A DNA stretch of 64,000 bases from Octopus sinensis (Eukaryota). The stretch lies in contig NC_042999.1 in the NCBI RefSeq assembly GCF_006345805.1, positions 86,366,001-86,430,000 of the forward strand, written 5' to 3'. Position 1 is the first letter of the stretch; each line of letters opens with the position of its first letter. Made by a program: the position numbers and the translations under genes. Positions 25,754-38,821 of this stretch are shown here, piece after piece. The notes below the pieces were generated by a model. It ran no database searches. It saw only the letters and a list, made by a program, of their open reading frames with translations, and had not been told where the DNA came from.

Positions 25754-26551
25754 TAATAATTATTAAAATAAGCTAGTATTGTAAATGTATGTATTACGTC
25801 ATAGCTATGTATGTTTTCTTCTATTTCTAAAATATTTGAAATCTTCAAGGTACCTAACAAAGGGGTGTAGATACCAACAACAAATTCATATCGTGAACTT
25901 GAGAAAGTCTAGCATACTTTTAGTGTTCCACCTACAGATTGTATTTGTATCTAACTAGTAAAGTGCAAGTTTGTTGATTTCTTTTTCTGAAAATCCCAAC
26001 TTTTCCAGATTGTCACAAGAATTTATTCACAAACCCAAGAGCGCCAATTATTATATTTGTATGTATACATATGCACTTACACAGACACAGACAAACACAC
26101 ACACAAAAACGCGCGCGCACACACACACACATACATACATACATACATACATACATACATACATACATACATACAGGTCTTAGCAGTCCAAAACTAGTCA
26201 TCGTCAATACAATAATAATTTCGTATTCTACAAAAAATATTAAGTAACCCTTCATTCAGTTTAATACAAAATTGTTTTCATTATAACGTAACATAAAGAC
26301 AAATATTAATATGCGTGTATATGTACGTGTGCACACTTGTGTGTATTAATGTTACGAGTAAGTGGACAAACGAAAGAAAAGGGCATTCTACACACTTAGT
26401 AGGAGTTACGTGTATTATTTAAAACAGTTTAATTCGACTCCTAGCTACTTTTGCGGGCCTCTAACATTAGCCCGTCTCTTATATCTAAAAGTAGTTTTTG
26501 ATAAATATATATATACATTTACTATATTAAATCTCTGAGCGAGATGTAAAC

Positions 26552-26905
26552 AGTGCCAAGGACTCCAAATTTGCCATCAAGATGTAGGACGAGATACTGT
26601 GATAGCCTGGGCTTCCGAGGCCCTCAGGTCTTCAATATCCTCCCGAAGAACCTAAGAGACCTGCATGGGGTGGATGCAGATGTCTTTAAAATAAAACTGG
26701 ATCTCTTCTTGTCAGGTGTCCCAGATGAACCAACTTCACGGCAGGAGGCGCAGATGAGGGCAGCTGCATCGAACTCTCTCATGCACCAAATGGCAATTAC
26801 TAAAAAGCATTCGTGAAGTAAAATCATGTAGCAACACCAAATGGCGGTGCCCCAGCATGGCCAGAGCTTGTGAGCTGAAACTAGATAAAAATAAAAAAAT
26901 AAAAA
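26552..26905 (+). mobile_element. CR1-group LINE 3' fragment
   Basis: RTRYCDSLGFRGPQVFNILPKNLRDLHGVDADVFKIKLDLFLSGVPDEP; tail ggcggtgccccagcatggcc..ctgaaactag followed by A-rich repeats. Confidence 0.8.
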
Positions 26906-26941
26906 AATAAAAGTAGCAATACTGTAACATTGAATTGCAAC

Positions 26942-27030
26942 ATTGCCAACCAAGTGTGGCGTCCTATCGGGACAGTGCTACTGGCGTTTATAGCACTCCC
27001 CCGTATAGGACGCCACACTTGGTTGGCAAT
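26942..27030. repeat. Short palindromic element (~38-bp arms)
   Basis: attgccaaccaagtgtggcgtcctat..agtgcta / tagcact..ataggacgccacacttggttggcaat, next to (TA)n. Confidence 0.9.
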
Positions 27031-27052
27031 TATATAAATATATATATATAAT

Positions 27053-27211
27053 AGGCTCAGGCGTGGCTGTGTGGTAAGAAGCTTGCTTCCAACAACATGA
27101 CTCCCAATTCAGTCCCACTACGTAGCACCTTGGGCAAGTGTCCTCTACTATAGCCTCGGCCGACCAAAGCCTTGTGAGTGGATTTGGTAGACGGAAACAG
27201 AAAGAAGCCCG

Positions 27212-27280
<69 letters not shown>

Positions 27281-27815
27281 TATATCACCGTGATCACCGT
27301 AACCGACCAGGCTATCAGATGTTGCTACACATCGCTGGTCACAATGTGCTTCGCATTGTTTTAGCCTTCAAATGACGCCACCCCGCTGGCTAAGCGAGCA
27401 GGCCAACAGAAGAAAGAGTGAGAGAAAGTGGTGGCGAAAGAGTACAGCAGGGATCGCCACCAACCCCTGCCGGAGTCTCGTGGAGCTTTAGGTGTTTTCG
27501 CTCAATAAACACTCACAACGCCCGGTCCGGGAATCGAAACCGCGATCCTACAACCGCGAGTCCGCTGCCCTAACCACTGGGCCATTGCGCCTCCACATAT
27601 ATATATGTATATATTCGTGTGTCTGTTTGTCCTCCCACCATAGCTTGACAACCAATGTTGGTATGGTTACGTCCCCGTAACTTAGTGGTTCTACAAAAGA
27701 GAGCGATAGAATATGTCATAAGCTTACAAAGAATAAGTCCTGGGGTCGGTTCGTTCGACTAAAGGCAGTGCTCCAGCATGGTCGCAGTCAAATGACTGAA
27801 ATAAGTAAAAGAATA
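27053..27815 (+). mobile_element. SINE family 2 interrupted in its TA tract by a family 3 SINE
   Basis: Head 27053-27212 and tail ~27615-27815 match 14562-14962. Confidence 0.85.
27285..27596 (-). mobile_element. SINE family 3 (tail type 2), nested
   Basis: rc ggaggcgcaatggcccagtggttagggcagcgg...ggtttcgattcccgg; ends in cacggtgat repeats. Confidence 0.85.
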
Positions 27816-27827
27816 AATGAATATGTA

Positions 27828-27910
<83 letters not shown>

Positions 27911-29037
27911 TGTATGTATTAGTCTTCTTTCTGTCCTTTTAGAATTAGTGTGGGCTTTTCTGAACCTTTGTACGATCATGTAATATGTTGTAACTGTTTT
28001 ATTTTTCTATTAATTCCGAATATTTGATATGTCATACAGATGTATAAAATATCAATTACTCTTCTATATTCTTTTCCACTTTATCTCAACGTAGATTTTA
28101 GTGTATCTGGTAAGGGGGAAATTTGTGATTCTAGTAAATAGGAAAATGAATATATAAAATGAGGACTTTTAAGCTGTAATTCCTATATGCTTTAACTTTC
28201 TTGAACTCATTTAACCCAAATATCTTTAAAATCTTTAATTTGGAATCCGAACATTTTGATGTCCTTATTTATCCATTTGAGAGTATTCGTTGCACATTCT
28301 TGCAAAGAGTCATCTAGAATAAGAGGAACTCATTTAATATCAATTTCTCCTTTATGACCGTTGACGTCAGCGAAATTCTCTCGAAATTCTCTCGGCCCGC
28401 ACATCTGACAAAATTTGTAAGAAGAAAAGAGTTAGAATGTCCTCGTTGTTGTTTACTACTGGTTGAGGGGGCATGTTGGTGGTTACGCTGAATTTAATCA
28501 AAACTCCCATAAAGCTTGAAATCGTGATAGTCTCCTCGTTAAACTTGAGTTTATACCAAAAATGTTAATACAGCATGACTAAATACATATATGACTATAC
28601 ATTTATCCTTGCGCTATAATCACTTGGGAATTATTACATCTCGAGATAACATATGTTTCTGACAAACGAACGGTTGCAATTTCGATCTAGTTGAGTTTCA
28701 TTCATCTTCTGCCAGACAAAACTCACCATGCCCTATTAATCAGGCAGTTTTATAAATAAATATAAATTCTATATGTCTTTTTTTTTTTAAATAAATTCAT
28801 AAGCTCAAATTGTACTTTTCTCGTCGAAATAGCGCAAGATTTACACGACTGGATCACACACACACACACACACACACACATTCTAATTGCAGAATAAATA
28901 AACAGCTTATGAAAGTATATATGATTCTGGCTATACCACAGTCGAATGAAATCCAACTGGGTCAGAGCTGCATGTTATCACTTGGTTATAGTTACCAATT
29001 TTAAACCCAGTCTATGATATCTATCTAACTATCTATC

Positions 29038-29150
<113 letters not shown>

Positions 29151-29161
29151 CTACTCTCTCT

Positions 29162-29234
<73 letters not shown>

Positions 29235-29274
29235 TATATATATATTTATATATATGCATATATTTATGAATGTG

Positions 29275-29305
<31 letters not shown>

Positions 29306-29580
29306 CCGGAGTAAACACATAATGTGAAACAAGGTGGAAAAAAGAGTACTCAAATACCAGTGGTAGAGTAATATGCTTTATTTTAAGCAGCAGAAAATTC
29401 AACAAAATCTGTTACTCTGAGTTTCTTGTTGCCGTTCATCAGACAGTTTTTGCTAGAATGGAACATATATATAAATTTATATATATGTTCCATTCTAGCA
29501 AAAACTGTTTGATGAACGGCAACGAGAAACTCAGAGTAACAGATTTTGTTGAATTTTCTGCTGCTTAAAATAAAGTATAT
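29306..29580. mobile_element. Palindromic hammerhead-bearing element, family P2
   Basis: 105-bp arms 29371-29475 and 29476-29580 with no spacer, 65-bp extension, TA flanks. Confidence 0.85.
29409..29446 (-). ncRNA. Minimal type I hammerhead motif (mirror copy at 29505-29542 +)
   Basis: ctgt CTGATGA acggcaacaa GAAA ctcagag TA acag; the + copy has TTGATGA; stem II is weak in both. Confidence 0.65.
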
Positions 29581-29742
29581 ATATATATATATATACAAAG
29601 AGCAATAAAGATTCAAGTTAATTTTAAAAATTTACTTGAATATGGTACCTAACTTAGATGCACCAAAAAAAACTATACTGATTTAACAATACAGTAATGT
29701 GGGTGATTATAAGCGAGAAAGAAGCAACAAGAATGGATAGGT

Positions 29743-29831
29743 TTTTAGTACGATCGTTTCATACAAGGACAGGTTTTATTAAAGTTGCAAAGATTACAGC
29801 ATATAACGAGTCCCGTACTCATCAGCTAAAA
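29743..29831 (-). ncRNA. Type I hammerhead motif (mirror copy)
   Basis: Reverse complement of 30024-30113. Confidence 0.78.
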
Positions 29832-30023
29832 TACATGTAAGTTCTCTAGACATCCTAGTGTTTGAGGCTATACTCATGAAGTAATGTAGATAATTAAACA
29901 GATTTCTAAAGTTCATTAAAGTTCTTTAAAGAACTTTAATGAACTTTAGAAATCTGTTTAATTATCTACATTACTTCATGAGTATAGCCTCAAACACTAG
30001 GATGTCTAGAGAACTTACATGTA

Positions 30024-30113
30024 TTTTAGCTGATGAGTACGGGACTCGTTTATATGCTGTAATCTTTGCAACTTTTATAAAACCTGTCCTTGTATGAAAC
30101 GATCGTACTAAAA
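30024..30113 (+). ncRNA. Type I hammerhead motif
   Basis: ttttag CTGATGA gtacggga...tccttgtat GAAA cgatcg TA ctaaaa. Confidence 0.8.
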
Positions 30114-31022
30114 ACCTATCCATTCTTGTTGCTTCTTTCTCGCGTATATATATATATATATTATATTATCATATAATATATATATATATATGTACATATG
30201 TATATATTCTCATATATTATTAAATAGTTCAAATGCTCTAATGGTGTGTTATATAACTCGTGTCATAAATAAATATTCTCCAGCTGAAGATCCTTTCCAC
30301 TGAGTTGTTTCAAATTATCTCCCATAGATTATGATCTCTGTGTCTAATACTCACAAAGCTAGCAATCTGGCATTTCTGAGATATTTATTCTCAAAACAGT
30401 TCTATGTTTCTAGGCCAACTAATGTATAAATCTTGTACACTGGTGATTCTCCCATCACTATTTTGGCAAGGGCGATGGAGTCTATGTTCCACTGTCGCTT
30501 ACAATCTGTTATTTTTTTTACTGGTTACAGTCACTGGACTGAGACAGGCTGGGGTACCACCTTCAACGCTTTCAGTCGATTATAGAGACATTTCTACTTA
30601 TTTTACGCTTATTGACATAACACTGCTTTTTACCACCGGTATTCATAAACATATAAACATAAACACTGACAAGGACAAAGCTAGACGCACAAACACACAC
30701 ATATACACGCATATACATACACATACATGTGTGTATATTTACATACATACATACACACACATATATATATATAACATTTATATTTATATATATATATATA
30801 TAACATTTATATTTATATATATATATATATATAACATTTATATTTATATATATATATATGTATAAATTTATAACAATATGTGTATGTGTGTGTATACACA
30901 ACGCCCATCTGCATACATATGTGTATATAGATGCATGTGTATATTGTGTATGCGAGAACACGCACACACACACACACACACTCACACACATGCTCACACA
31001 CACATGCTCATACACACACATA

Positions 31023-31231
31023 CACAAGGTGGGACTGAAAAATTCCTGGCTTTAAGGGTATCATAAGAGTTCTTTTACAGGGCTTAGAAAAACTGAAAGA
31101 TCACTGCAATAACTGCGAATCTGAGAGGGGAATATATTGCATAACATTATAATCAACTGTATTTTATTTTACCTGTATGCAGCCTAACCTTAATTTATCC
31201 AAAGCCAGGAACTTTTCAGCAGCCCCTCGTA
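31023..31231 (+). mobile_element. Internally deleted mariner (MITE-like)
   Basis: TIRs caaggtgggactgaaaaattcctggcttt / aaagccaggaacttttcagcagcccctcgTA; interior resembles a transposase C-terminus (GLEKLKDHCN..LRGEYI). Confidence 0.75.
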
Positions 31232-31297
31232 TAAAGAAATACACTACACACACATATCCGTACACATATCCATGATATATATAAATATATATACAGT

Positions 31298-31333
31298 CTT
31301 TTACGTTTCGAGCCTACGCTCTTCCGCAGAAAG
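31298..31333 (-). ncRNA. Variant hammerhead-like motif, family P3 (left arm)
   Basis: Identical rc of 32296-32331. Confidence 0.55.
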
Positions 31334-31386
31334 GAACACAGAAAGAAACAAAGAGAGAAAAAAATCTGTTTAGTGAAGGAGAGGGA

Positions 31387-31450
<64 letters not shown>

Positions 31451-31739
31451 ATATATATATATATATATTATATATATATATATGCGGTGTGGTGGTGGCA
31501 GTGGATCTCCGTCGACAACTAAGTGGATTTAGTTGTTTCGCCTGCTGAACAACCTGCTCCTGAATTAGTATGTGAATGACTGAACATTCCATAGACTCGT
31601 GTATCTTTAACATAATTCTCAAGCCGAACCAACGGGATACAATGCGTGACAAATCTGTGGAGTTTGAATTACAGGTACTTTAACCTATGGACTTCTATAC
31701 AGTTTCCGTCAACCTACATTCATTCACAAATTATGGGTC

Positions 31740-32040
31740 AACGAAAGAGGAGATCCGAAGAGAGAGCAGCGCTACAGGAGAGAGAAAAATGCTTCGAGAA
31801 TGTAACCTAAATGCTGTTAACAGATTTCAAGCTATCAACACCCGAGTAATTCCCGAAGTGATGCTCAGCAACTGGAAACTGAACGATATCAAGAATTTGG
31901 AAATCAAAACAAAATTAGGTGCCGATGAGCGGGTAGATAGGTCTGTAACTTGGCGTTTCAGGAAAAAGAAGCTGATAGGACATATTATAAAAAAAAAAGA
32001 CTTAAAATAACTGGTGGCGTGGATTTGATTGACAAAACTA
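31740..32040 (+). mobile_element. Degenerate R4/Dong-type RT C-terminal fragment
   Basis: LRECNLNAVNRFQAINTRVIP..NWKLNDIKNLEIKT..RVDR, then a GG.GLI-like stretch. Confidence 0.5.
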
Positions 32041-32239
32041 ATTCAAGTCTACATTTGACTTAACAGCGAAAAAGAGAGAAATGGAAAGAGAAGGGCGAAG
32101 ACGAGAGAGAGAGAGAGAGAGAGAGGGAAGAAAGACGGGCAGAAAGAGGGTAGACAGAGTGGTAGAAAGAAGGAGAGGGAAGGGATATATAGATACATAT
32201 ATATATATATATTATATATATAATATATATAATATATAT

Positions 32240-32420
32240 CACTTCCCTCTCCTTCACTAAACACATTTTTTCTCTCCTTGTTTCTTTCTGTGTTCCTTTC
32301 TGCGGAAGAGCGTAGGCTCGAAACGTAAAAGACTTTTTCAATTCCCGAGCGTTAAACTAATACATCTGTTTGTTTTCTACACCACCTGTCTTCGTCTTTT
32401 GTTGTTTTCGTGAATTCTCT
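32240..32420 (+). mobile_element. Hammerhead-like repeat family P3; motif at 32296-32331
   Basis: cttt CTGCGGA a gagc-gtag-gctc GAAA cg TA aaag; inverted partner at 31296-31390. Confidence 0.65.
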
Positions 32421-32465
32421 GTCTCTCTGTCTGTCTGTCTGTCTCTCTGTCTGTCTGTCTGTCTC

Positions 32466-32561
<96 letters not shown>

Positions 32562-32772
32562 CTACACAAGCATTCACTTGGTACACGTTTTTAGTTGAGT
32601 AAACTGGAGCAGAGTGAAATAAATTACCTTGCTCAAGGGCAACTTGCGACCCGAACAATGGAACACTCGACTTTATGCTTGTGAGCCTAGTACAGCTGAT
32701 CAAATCTCACCTGCTTCGAAACCAGCAAGAATTGTGAAGGTTATGTGGTTATAATTTATGCGTTTGTTCCCG

Positions 32773-32824
<52 letters not shown>

Positions 32825-33523
32825 GAGAGGGAGAGAGTGAAAACGAGGAAGTGCAGGTATAGCTAATGTCTTTCGGATCATTCCCACAGTGACCTACCTT
32901 GAATATGACTTCTGCTATCGTTTCGTACTGGCCAATACTTTGTGAGTGGAACTTGGTTGATGGAAACTGTACAGAAGTCTGTTGTATATGTAGGCGTGTT
33001 AGTGTCTGTGTTTATATTGTTTCTGAAGTGACTCTTTATGTCCAGTAATTTTGTGGCTTAACAAATAGCAAAGGGTAAAATTAGTACTTTTCTGAATTAA
33101 GTTATGTGGTCAATATGATTAGTTAAAACCGTGAAGGCAGTTCACCGACATGTCTGCGGTCTTGTGTCTGGCTAAAGGCAGTAAACGAAAAATATGAGAA
33201 TTAAAGAATGCTCTAAAAAGGAGAAAAAAATACGAGGTAAATCAGCTTCTTCTCGATTGTTCTTGAGCTCAGATCAACAGCTTTCTTTTTCTGTTAATAT
33301 CCAGAAATTTAGGAACGGATCCATGCTGCCTTTCCAAACTCGTAACTTTCGTCTATTTTTCTGCAGATTTACTAGAGGGCGGGTTTTATTCCTGCAGCCA
33401 TATCATACATTTCAACTGGTACTTTGATAAATTGTCTGGATAATAGTCTGGAAAAGTTTTTTCCACACTATTCCTGAAACCGTATTTTTTTCCGAAGAAA
33501 GGCAACAGAGCATTCTTCACACC

Positions 33524-33748
33524 GGCGAGCTGGCAAAAACGTTAGCACGCCGGGCGAAATGCTTAGCAGTATTTCGTCTGCTGTCACGTTCTAAGTTCAA
33601 ATTCCGCCAAGGTTGACTTTGCCTTTCATCCTTTAGGGGTCGATTAAATAAGTACCAGTTACGAACTGGGGTCGATATAATCGACTTAATCCGTTTGTCT
33701 GTCCTTGTTTGTCCCCTCTGTGTTTAGCTCCTTGTGGGTAATAATGAA
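33524..33748 (+). mobile_element. SINE family 1 (tail B) with target-site duplication
   Basis: agagcattcttcacaccggc at 33507-33526 and 33749-33768. Confidence 0.93.
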
Positions 33749-34864
33749 AGAGCATTCTTCACACCGGCTTCGAGTGATAGCCGAATCGTTCCTACATATA
33801 CTAACAGCCGTTCATCATAATTCATCAATACTAATTTTCGAACACTGAACGAGCGTGAACGAAATTGTGTTGGACGTGAGTCATCTTTGAGCTAGCGAAC
33901 ATCGGTTATTACAGAGCTGGTGAACGTTTCCAACAGCAAAATATATTCTTAATTCTCTCTCATACTTGTATTATGGAATCTTCAAAAGTTACTGCATTTA
34001 TCTAAAGCTCCTTCAGATACAAGCCCTCACGTCTTATAGCTGTTACCTTATCAGGACACTCCCAAATAAACGTTATCATTTAGATTTTCGTAGGGGTCAA
34101 ATATGTATGATGAGTAGAACTATCTTCGTTGGTGTGATTAGTTAGCTCGTTATCAGTTACATTCACATTTAAATCTGCATGTTTCTTGATTTATCAAGTG
34201 ATAAGATCATTTACTTCTAATCACTACGCCCTTTACTAACAGAACAGATTGATTAATTTATCTCTCCAGCCTGGGACCCGTATGTGTATGTAGGTGTGTG
34301 TGTGCATGTATGTGTGCATTAGATACACCACACACAAGCGGGAATATTTCGTAAATGTAATGAGAGAACTTATTCATGTAAGTTTTAGCAAAGGGCTCAA
34401 CAGAGCAAAAATATTTCAAATAAAATAAAATATATTGTTGACATGTTAACAATAAAGCCGGTCTCTTGTATAAATACAGATAAATTCTAGATATTTTCAG
34501 TAGAATCGATACATTTTCTGGTGATGGTATGCCAGCAAATTCTATATAAACACCAACTTATCACAAACAATAACAGAGAAATGAATCCGAGAGGGAAACT
34601 AGCTTTATACACGCTGATTGTGCCATAAAATAATACCAAATTCTATCGAGACCAACCGAAAAATCATAAACTTCTCATACAGCTTTCTGTATGCCTGTTG
34701 ATGATATCCTGATATGTTTGTATAATCTCTAGATTATACAATCTCTTGAAAAAATTGCCTGTATAATGTACCTTGCTATATTTTTCATGTATCTATGAAG
34801 TCATTCTAAATGTATGTATGTGTGATCACATCGTACACACACACCACACACATTAAAACTGCAT

Positions 34865-36014
34865 TACTGAATATAATGCAAAAGTGGGAATAACTTTTTA
34901 GTTGATATGATATTCAAATTGCACATGTGGCCAGTGTAATTATTTCCCTATAACATAGACTCCATCGAGTTCTGTGTTGAACTCAGTTCTCGAATCATCT
35001 TTGAGAAAATCTATGTGTGCATTGTTGTACCCCTTCATCACTACCACTTTTACATCGTGTTTGCTATCATGTCGTTGTCCCCCAAATTGTCCTTCATTGG
35101 ACTGACGAGATAATAGGTGAAGGATGCCAGTTCTGGGCCGTACGGTAAATGAAGGAAGCAGTAACTATACAATTTGCTGATCGCCTGATTTATGGCTAAA
35201 GATGTATTTGGTCATGCAGTGTTGAAATGAAAGTGAATTGTTTTCAGATTCTTTTTCAATCTCTCCCTCCTAAGAGCTTTTCAGTATCTCAATGTACCAT
35301 TCACTGTTCACGGTATAGACATGTTCCAAAAAACTAAGGAGAATGATACCTTTATGACCCCAACAAAATAGTCACCATAACATTCTGTGTAGATCACAGG
35401 ATCTTTTTATTTTCTGAGGTCTTAGACTGAGATTTTGTTTCTAGATCTTAAACATACAACACACATCATCCTCTATCACCAGATCGAAAAAATCTGTCTC
35501 TATTGGCTTCAAACCCTTCTAATAGATCAAAGCAGACTTCCACATTTCCCGCTTTCAAATTGGAAATACCGAAGTACCCCCATTGCACACACTTTCCGAT
35601 ACTCAGAGTCTTCCGTCATCTTTTGTAAAGCAGTGTGACTGCAGTCTAGTTGTGCAGCACACTCTCGGATTGTAACTTGTCAGTCTAGTCACAGGTGATT
35701 CTTGTCAGTGGTTGCAGTTGGTGAATACCCACGACAGGTTTGTTCTCCATGCTGGTTTTGCTTTCTTTTAACTTTATTATCCATCTCTACACATTACTTA
35801 GTGATGTCATCTCCGTAAACAAACTGTAGCCTTCTATGGGTGTCGGATACTTTGCACCGTTTTTCAAGAATTCAAGTATTGCATGTTGTTTCCAGTTGAA
35901 ACCTATTATTTACCTACAATGAAGAACATATGTACTAACATGCGTAATTTCAACGACCTATGTCACTAAATAAAAAGACATGCCTACTGTTGCATTACTT
36001 TTGAACAGTATCGT
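34865..36014 (-). mobile_element. Old, highly degraded full-length mariner element
   Basis: Minus-strand remnants KQHAILEFL, QVTIRE, KGIILLSFL..VNSEWYIEILKKL, HLPYGPELAS (cf. PYSPDLAP), DGVYV; TIR-like gttcaaaagtaatgcaac end. Confidence 0.7.
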
Positions 36015-36166
36015 GTGTGTATGTATGTATGTATGTGTATGTGTGTATGTATATATGTATTTATATGTGTATGTATGTATGTACGTGTGTATTTATGTGC
36101 GTATGTATGTGTGCATGGGTATATATGTGTGTGCGTATGTATGTGTATATATGTGTATATGTATAT

Positions 36167-36200
<34 letters not shown>

Positions 36201-36308
36201 GTATGTGTATAATATATATATATATATATACATGCATATTTTCTTGTTACCACTTTCATCCTCCGCAAAAGATTCAAAATTTTATTTAATTTGCTTTGCG
36301 GGTAGGAT

Positions 36309-36387
36309 TGTTTCATTGAAGTCGCGTCTTGTCCTTGCTTTCGAACTGTGCAGTAGATGAAACAGGGACAACTGAAGAAGGGGAATA
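36309..36387 (+). ncRNA. Type II (permuted) hammerhead-like motif
   Basis: tgtttcatt GAA gtcgcg TC ttgtccttgctttc-loop-gaaacagggacaa CTGAAGA aggggaata; 13-bp stem I, 8/9-bp stem II, non-canonical GAAG. Confidence 0.5.
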
Positions 36388-36578
36388 TTATTTATGCTGT
36401 ATGTCTCGCTTCTCTGTTTGTTTTTTTTTTTTTTCGTTGTTCGAAAAAATGTTCGTTTCTATGTTTTTGTTTTCATGTTTTCGTTTCTCATTGTGTTCAA
36501 CGTTTTTTTGATATCCTGTACCCATATACGCATGTATATATACATATAGATGTAGGTATGTACATATATGTATATATT

Positions 36579-36610
<32 letters not shown>

Positions 36611-36622
36611 CTGTGTGTGTGT

Positions 36623-36685
<63 letters not shown>

Positions 36686-37267
36686 CACCATGCACAAATA
36701 TAAGAGATTCTAAGAAGACTGGTAGTGGTCTGGTTTGGCAATACATACTGTATTGTTTGTTTGCAGAGCTATCATTATTGATATGTGAACAGAAATGACT
36801 TTGCAGACATTATTTATATTATTTACTCTTGTCTATCTCCACTACCCTTTCAAATCCCAGCAACGTTTCGTTTTGTTATCATCTCTTTGGAGTCTGTTGA
36901 ATGTGTACCGTACCAGTAATATACAGGTTTGACTTAAACGACAATATCTCTCCCATAAATATTCTAGCAAACCTTTCCCGATAAACAACAGTATGCATAC
37001 ACTGTAAACATACTTATTATTTAGAAGTATTTATAGTGAAACAATATAAGACGCGACATTGTGATTAAGGAGGTTATATATACATACATATTTACTGAAA
37101 GACACAGACACAAACACACAAATACACATGTCTATATGCATGTGCTGTGCATCAAGTGCATTTCTGCCCGTGAATTCTCAGATCTAAACATGCACCTTTC
37201 TTCACTTCAGTACAAGCACATGAACAAGATTGTCTCTACACTTCCCTTCAAGGGTATAAAGACGTAT

Positions 37268-37490
37268 AAGGCGGCGAGCTGGCAGAAACGTTAGCACGCC
37301 GGGCGAAATGCTTAGCGGTATTTCGTCTGCCGCTACGTTCTGAGTTCAAATTCTGCCGAGGTCGACTTTGCCTTTCATCCTTTTGGGGTCGATTAAATAA
37401 GTACCAGTTACTCACTGGGGTCGATGCAATCGACTTAATCCGTTTGTCTGTCCTTTCTGTGTTTAGCCCCTTGTCGATAGTAAAGAAATA
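37268..37490 (+). mobile_element. SINE family 1 (tail B) with 15-bp target-site duplication
   Basis: ggtataaagacgtat at 37253-37267 and 37491-37505. Confidence 0.93.
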
Positions 37491-38245
37491 GGTATAAAGA
37501 CGTATGTCAAGTGAATACATTTTAAATGGGAATCTGCACTGATTTGTTGATTCATCTCACAAAAAACTAAAAGTATTTTTTATATATATATTTTCAACTC
37601 CCGCTACTAAAATGAGTATTTACTGTAATGGTAAATACTCATTATCTTGTATCTCTGCCTCTACAATAGTTGATCTTGCGTCTTGATAGATATAACCAAT
37701 ATTTGATAAGTAGAGTGAAATGCAGGATCTACAAAAGGACCCTGTACGCTGCTGCTCAATCGGCTAAAATTATGAACCAAATTTTCCTCAAATTACATCA
37801 TGACCTCTTTAAAAAATGAGGAATATGCTGAATAATATAATTGTAGATCCACCAAGTTTAAATAAAAGATGATGTCACAAGTGGAATACCTTTAACTAGA
37901 AATTTTCATGAGCTCTGCATCAGCACCGAAACCTGGAGTCTTATACCAGTCAGGCTGTCCTTTAATTGCAGCTTGGCCCTTTTCCCTCATGGGATATGGA
38001 TTAAGTAGCGTCAACATTTCAACTAACTAATGGAACTATATATAGTTAACAAATATATGGTATGACAGTAAAGTCGAAGAGCTTGATTCAGACTCACTGC
38101 ATGGTGCTTTGAGCAAGTATCTTTCACCAAGGCCGCGGGTTGTTCAATGCACTGTGGATATGATATATTGTATTTGTGTATATATATATATATATATATA
38201 TCTATATATATATATATATTATATACACATACATATATATATATC

Positions 38246-38277
<32 letters not shown>

Positions 38278-38278
38278 A

Positions 38279-38368
<90 letters not shown>

Positions 38369-38580
38369 TAAAAAATGGAGTTAACGCAGGTGTAAACAAA
38401 TATTTTTACGTTCGACACATGTTTCGAAAATTCCACTGATACTATTCAAAAGAATAAATGGTATGAACAATGCAATCTTCTCTTTGCTGCCCTGGTAACT
38501 ATTTATTTATTTTTCCGTGTTAATTGTTAACAAGGTAAAAATACACTCATCTATTTATATATATAATATAATATATATAT

Positions 38581-38625
<45 letters not shown>

Positions 38626-38821
38626 AGGTGTGTAATAATATGGCACAAAGGAATCTAAAAATCTAGGTTTCGGTGATGTAGCAAGTCTACAGTGGTAATG
38701 GTAATATGTATTTAAAATAATTCGAGTCGTGGCAATCCCATCTATTACTGACACATAGTGTATCGAAGACTACATTCTCCAGTGCGTGTTTACTATGTGT
38801 TTGTGTTTAGCAGTAAGAAAG

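Larger units (their letters stand above)
29597..30144. mobile_element. Palindromic hammerhead-bearing element, family P1 copy 2
   Basis: ~215-bp arms, spacerless centre at 29927/29928, same outer ends as 20735-21177. Confidence 0.88.

Noticed and set aside
27515-27596. tRNA-like sequences here and at 22696 and 14562
   Set aside because: They run straight into SINE bodies and lack a clean acceptor stem, so they are SINE heads.
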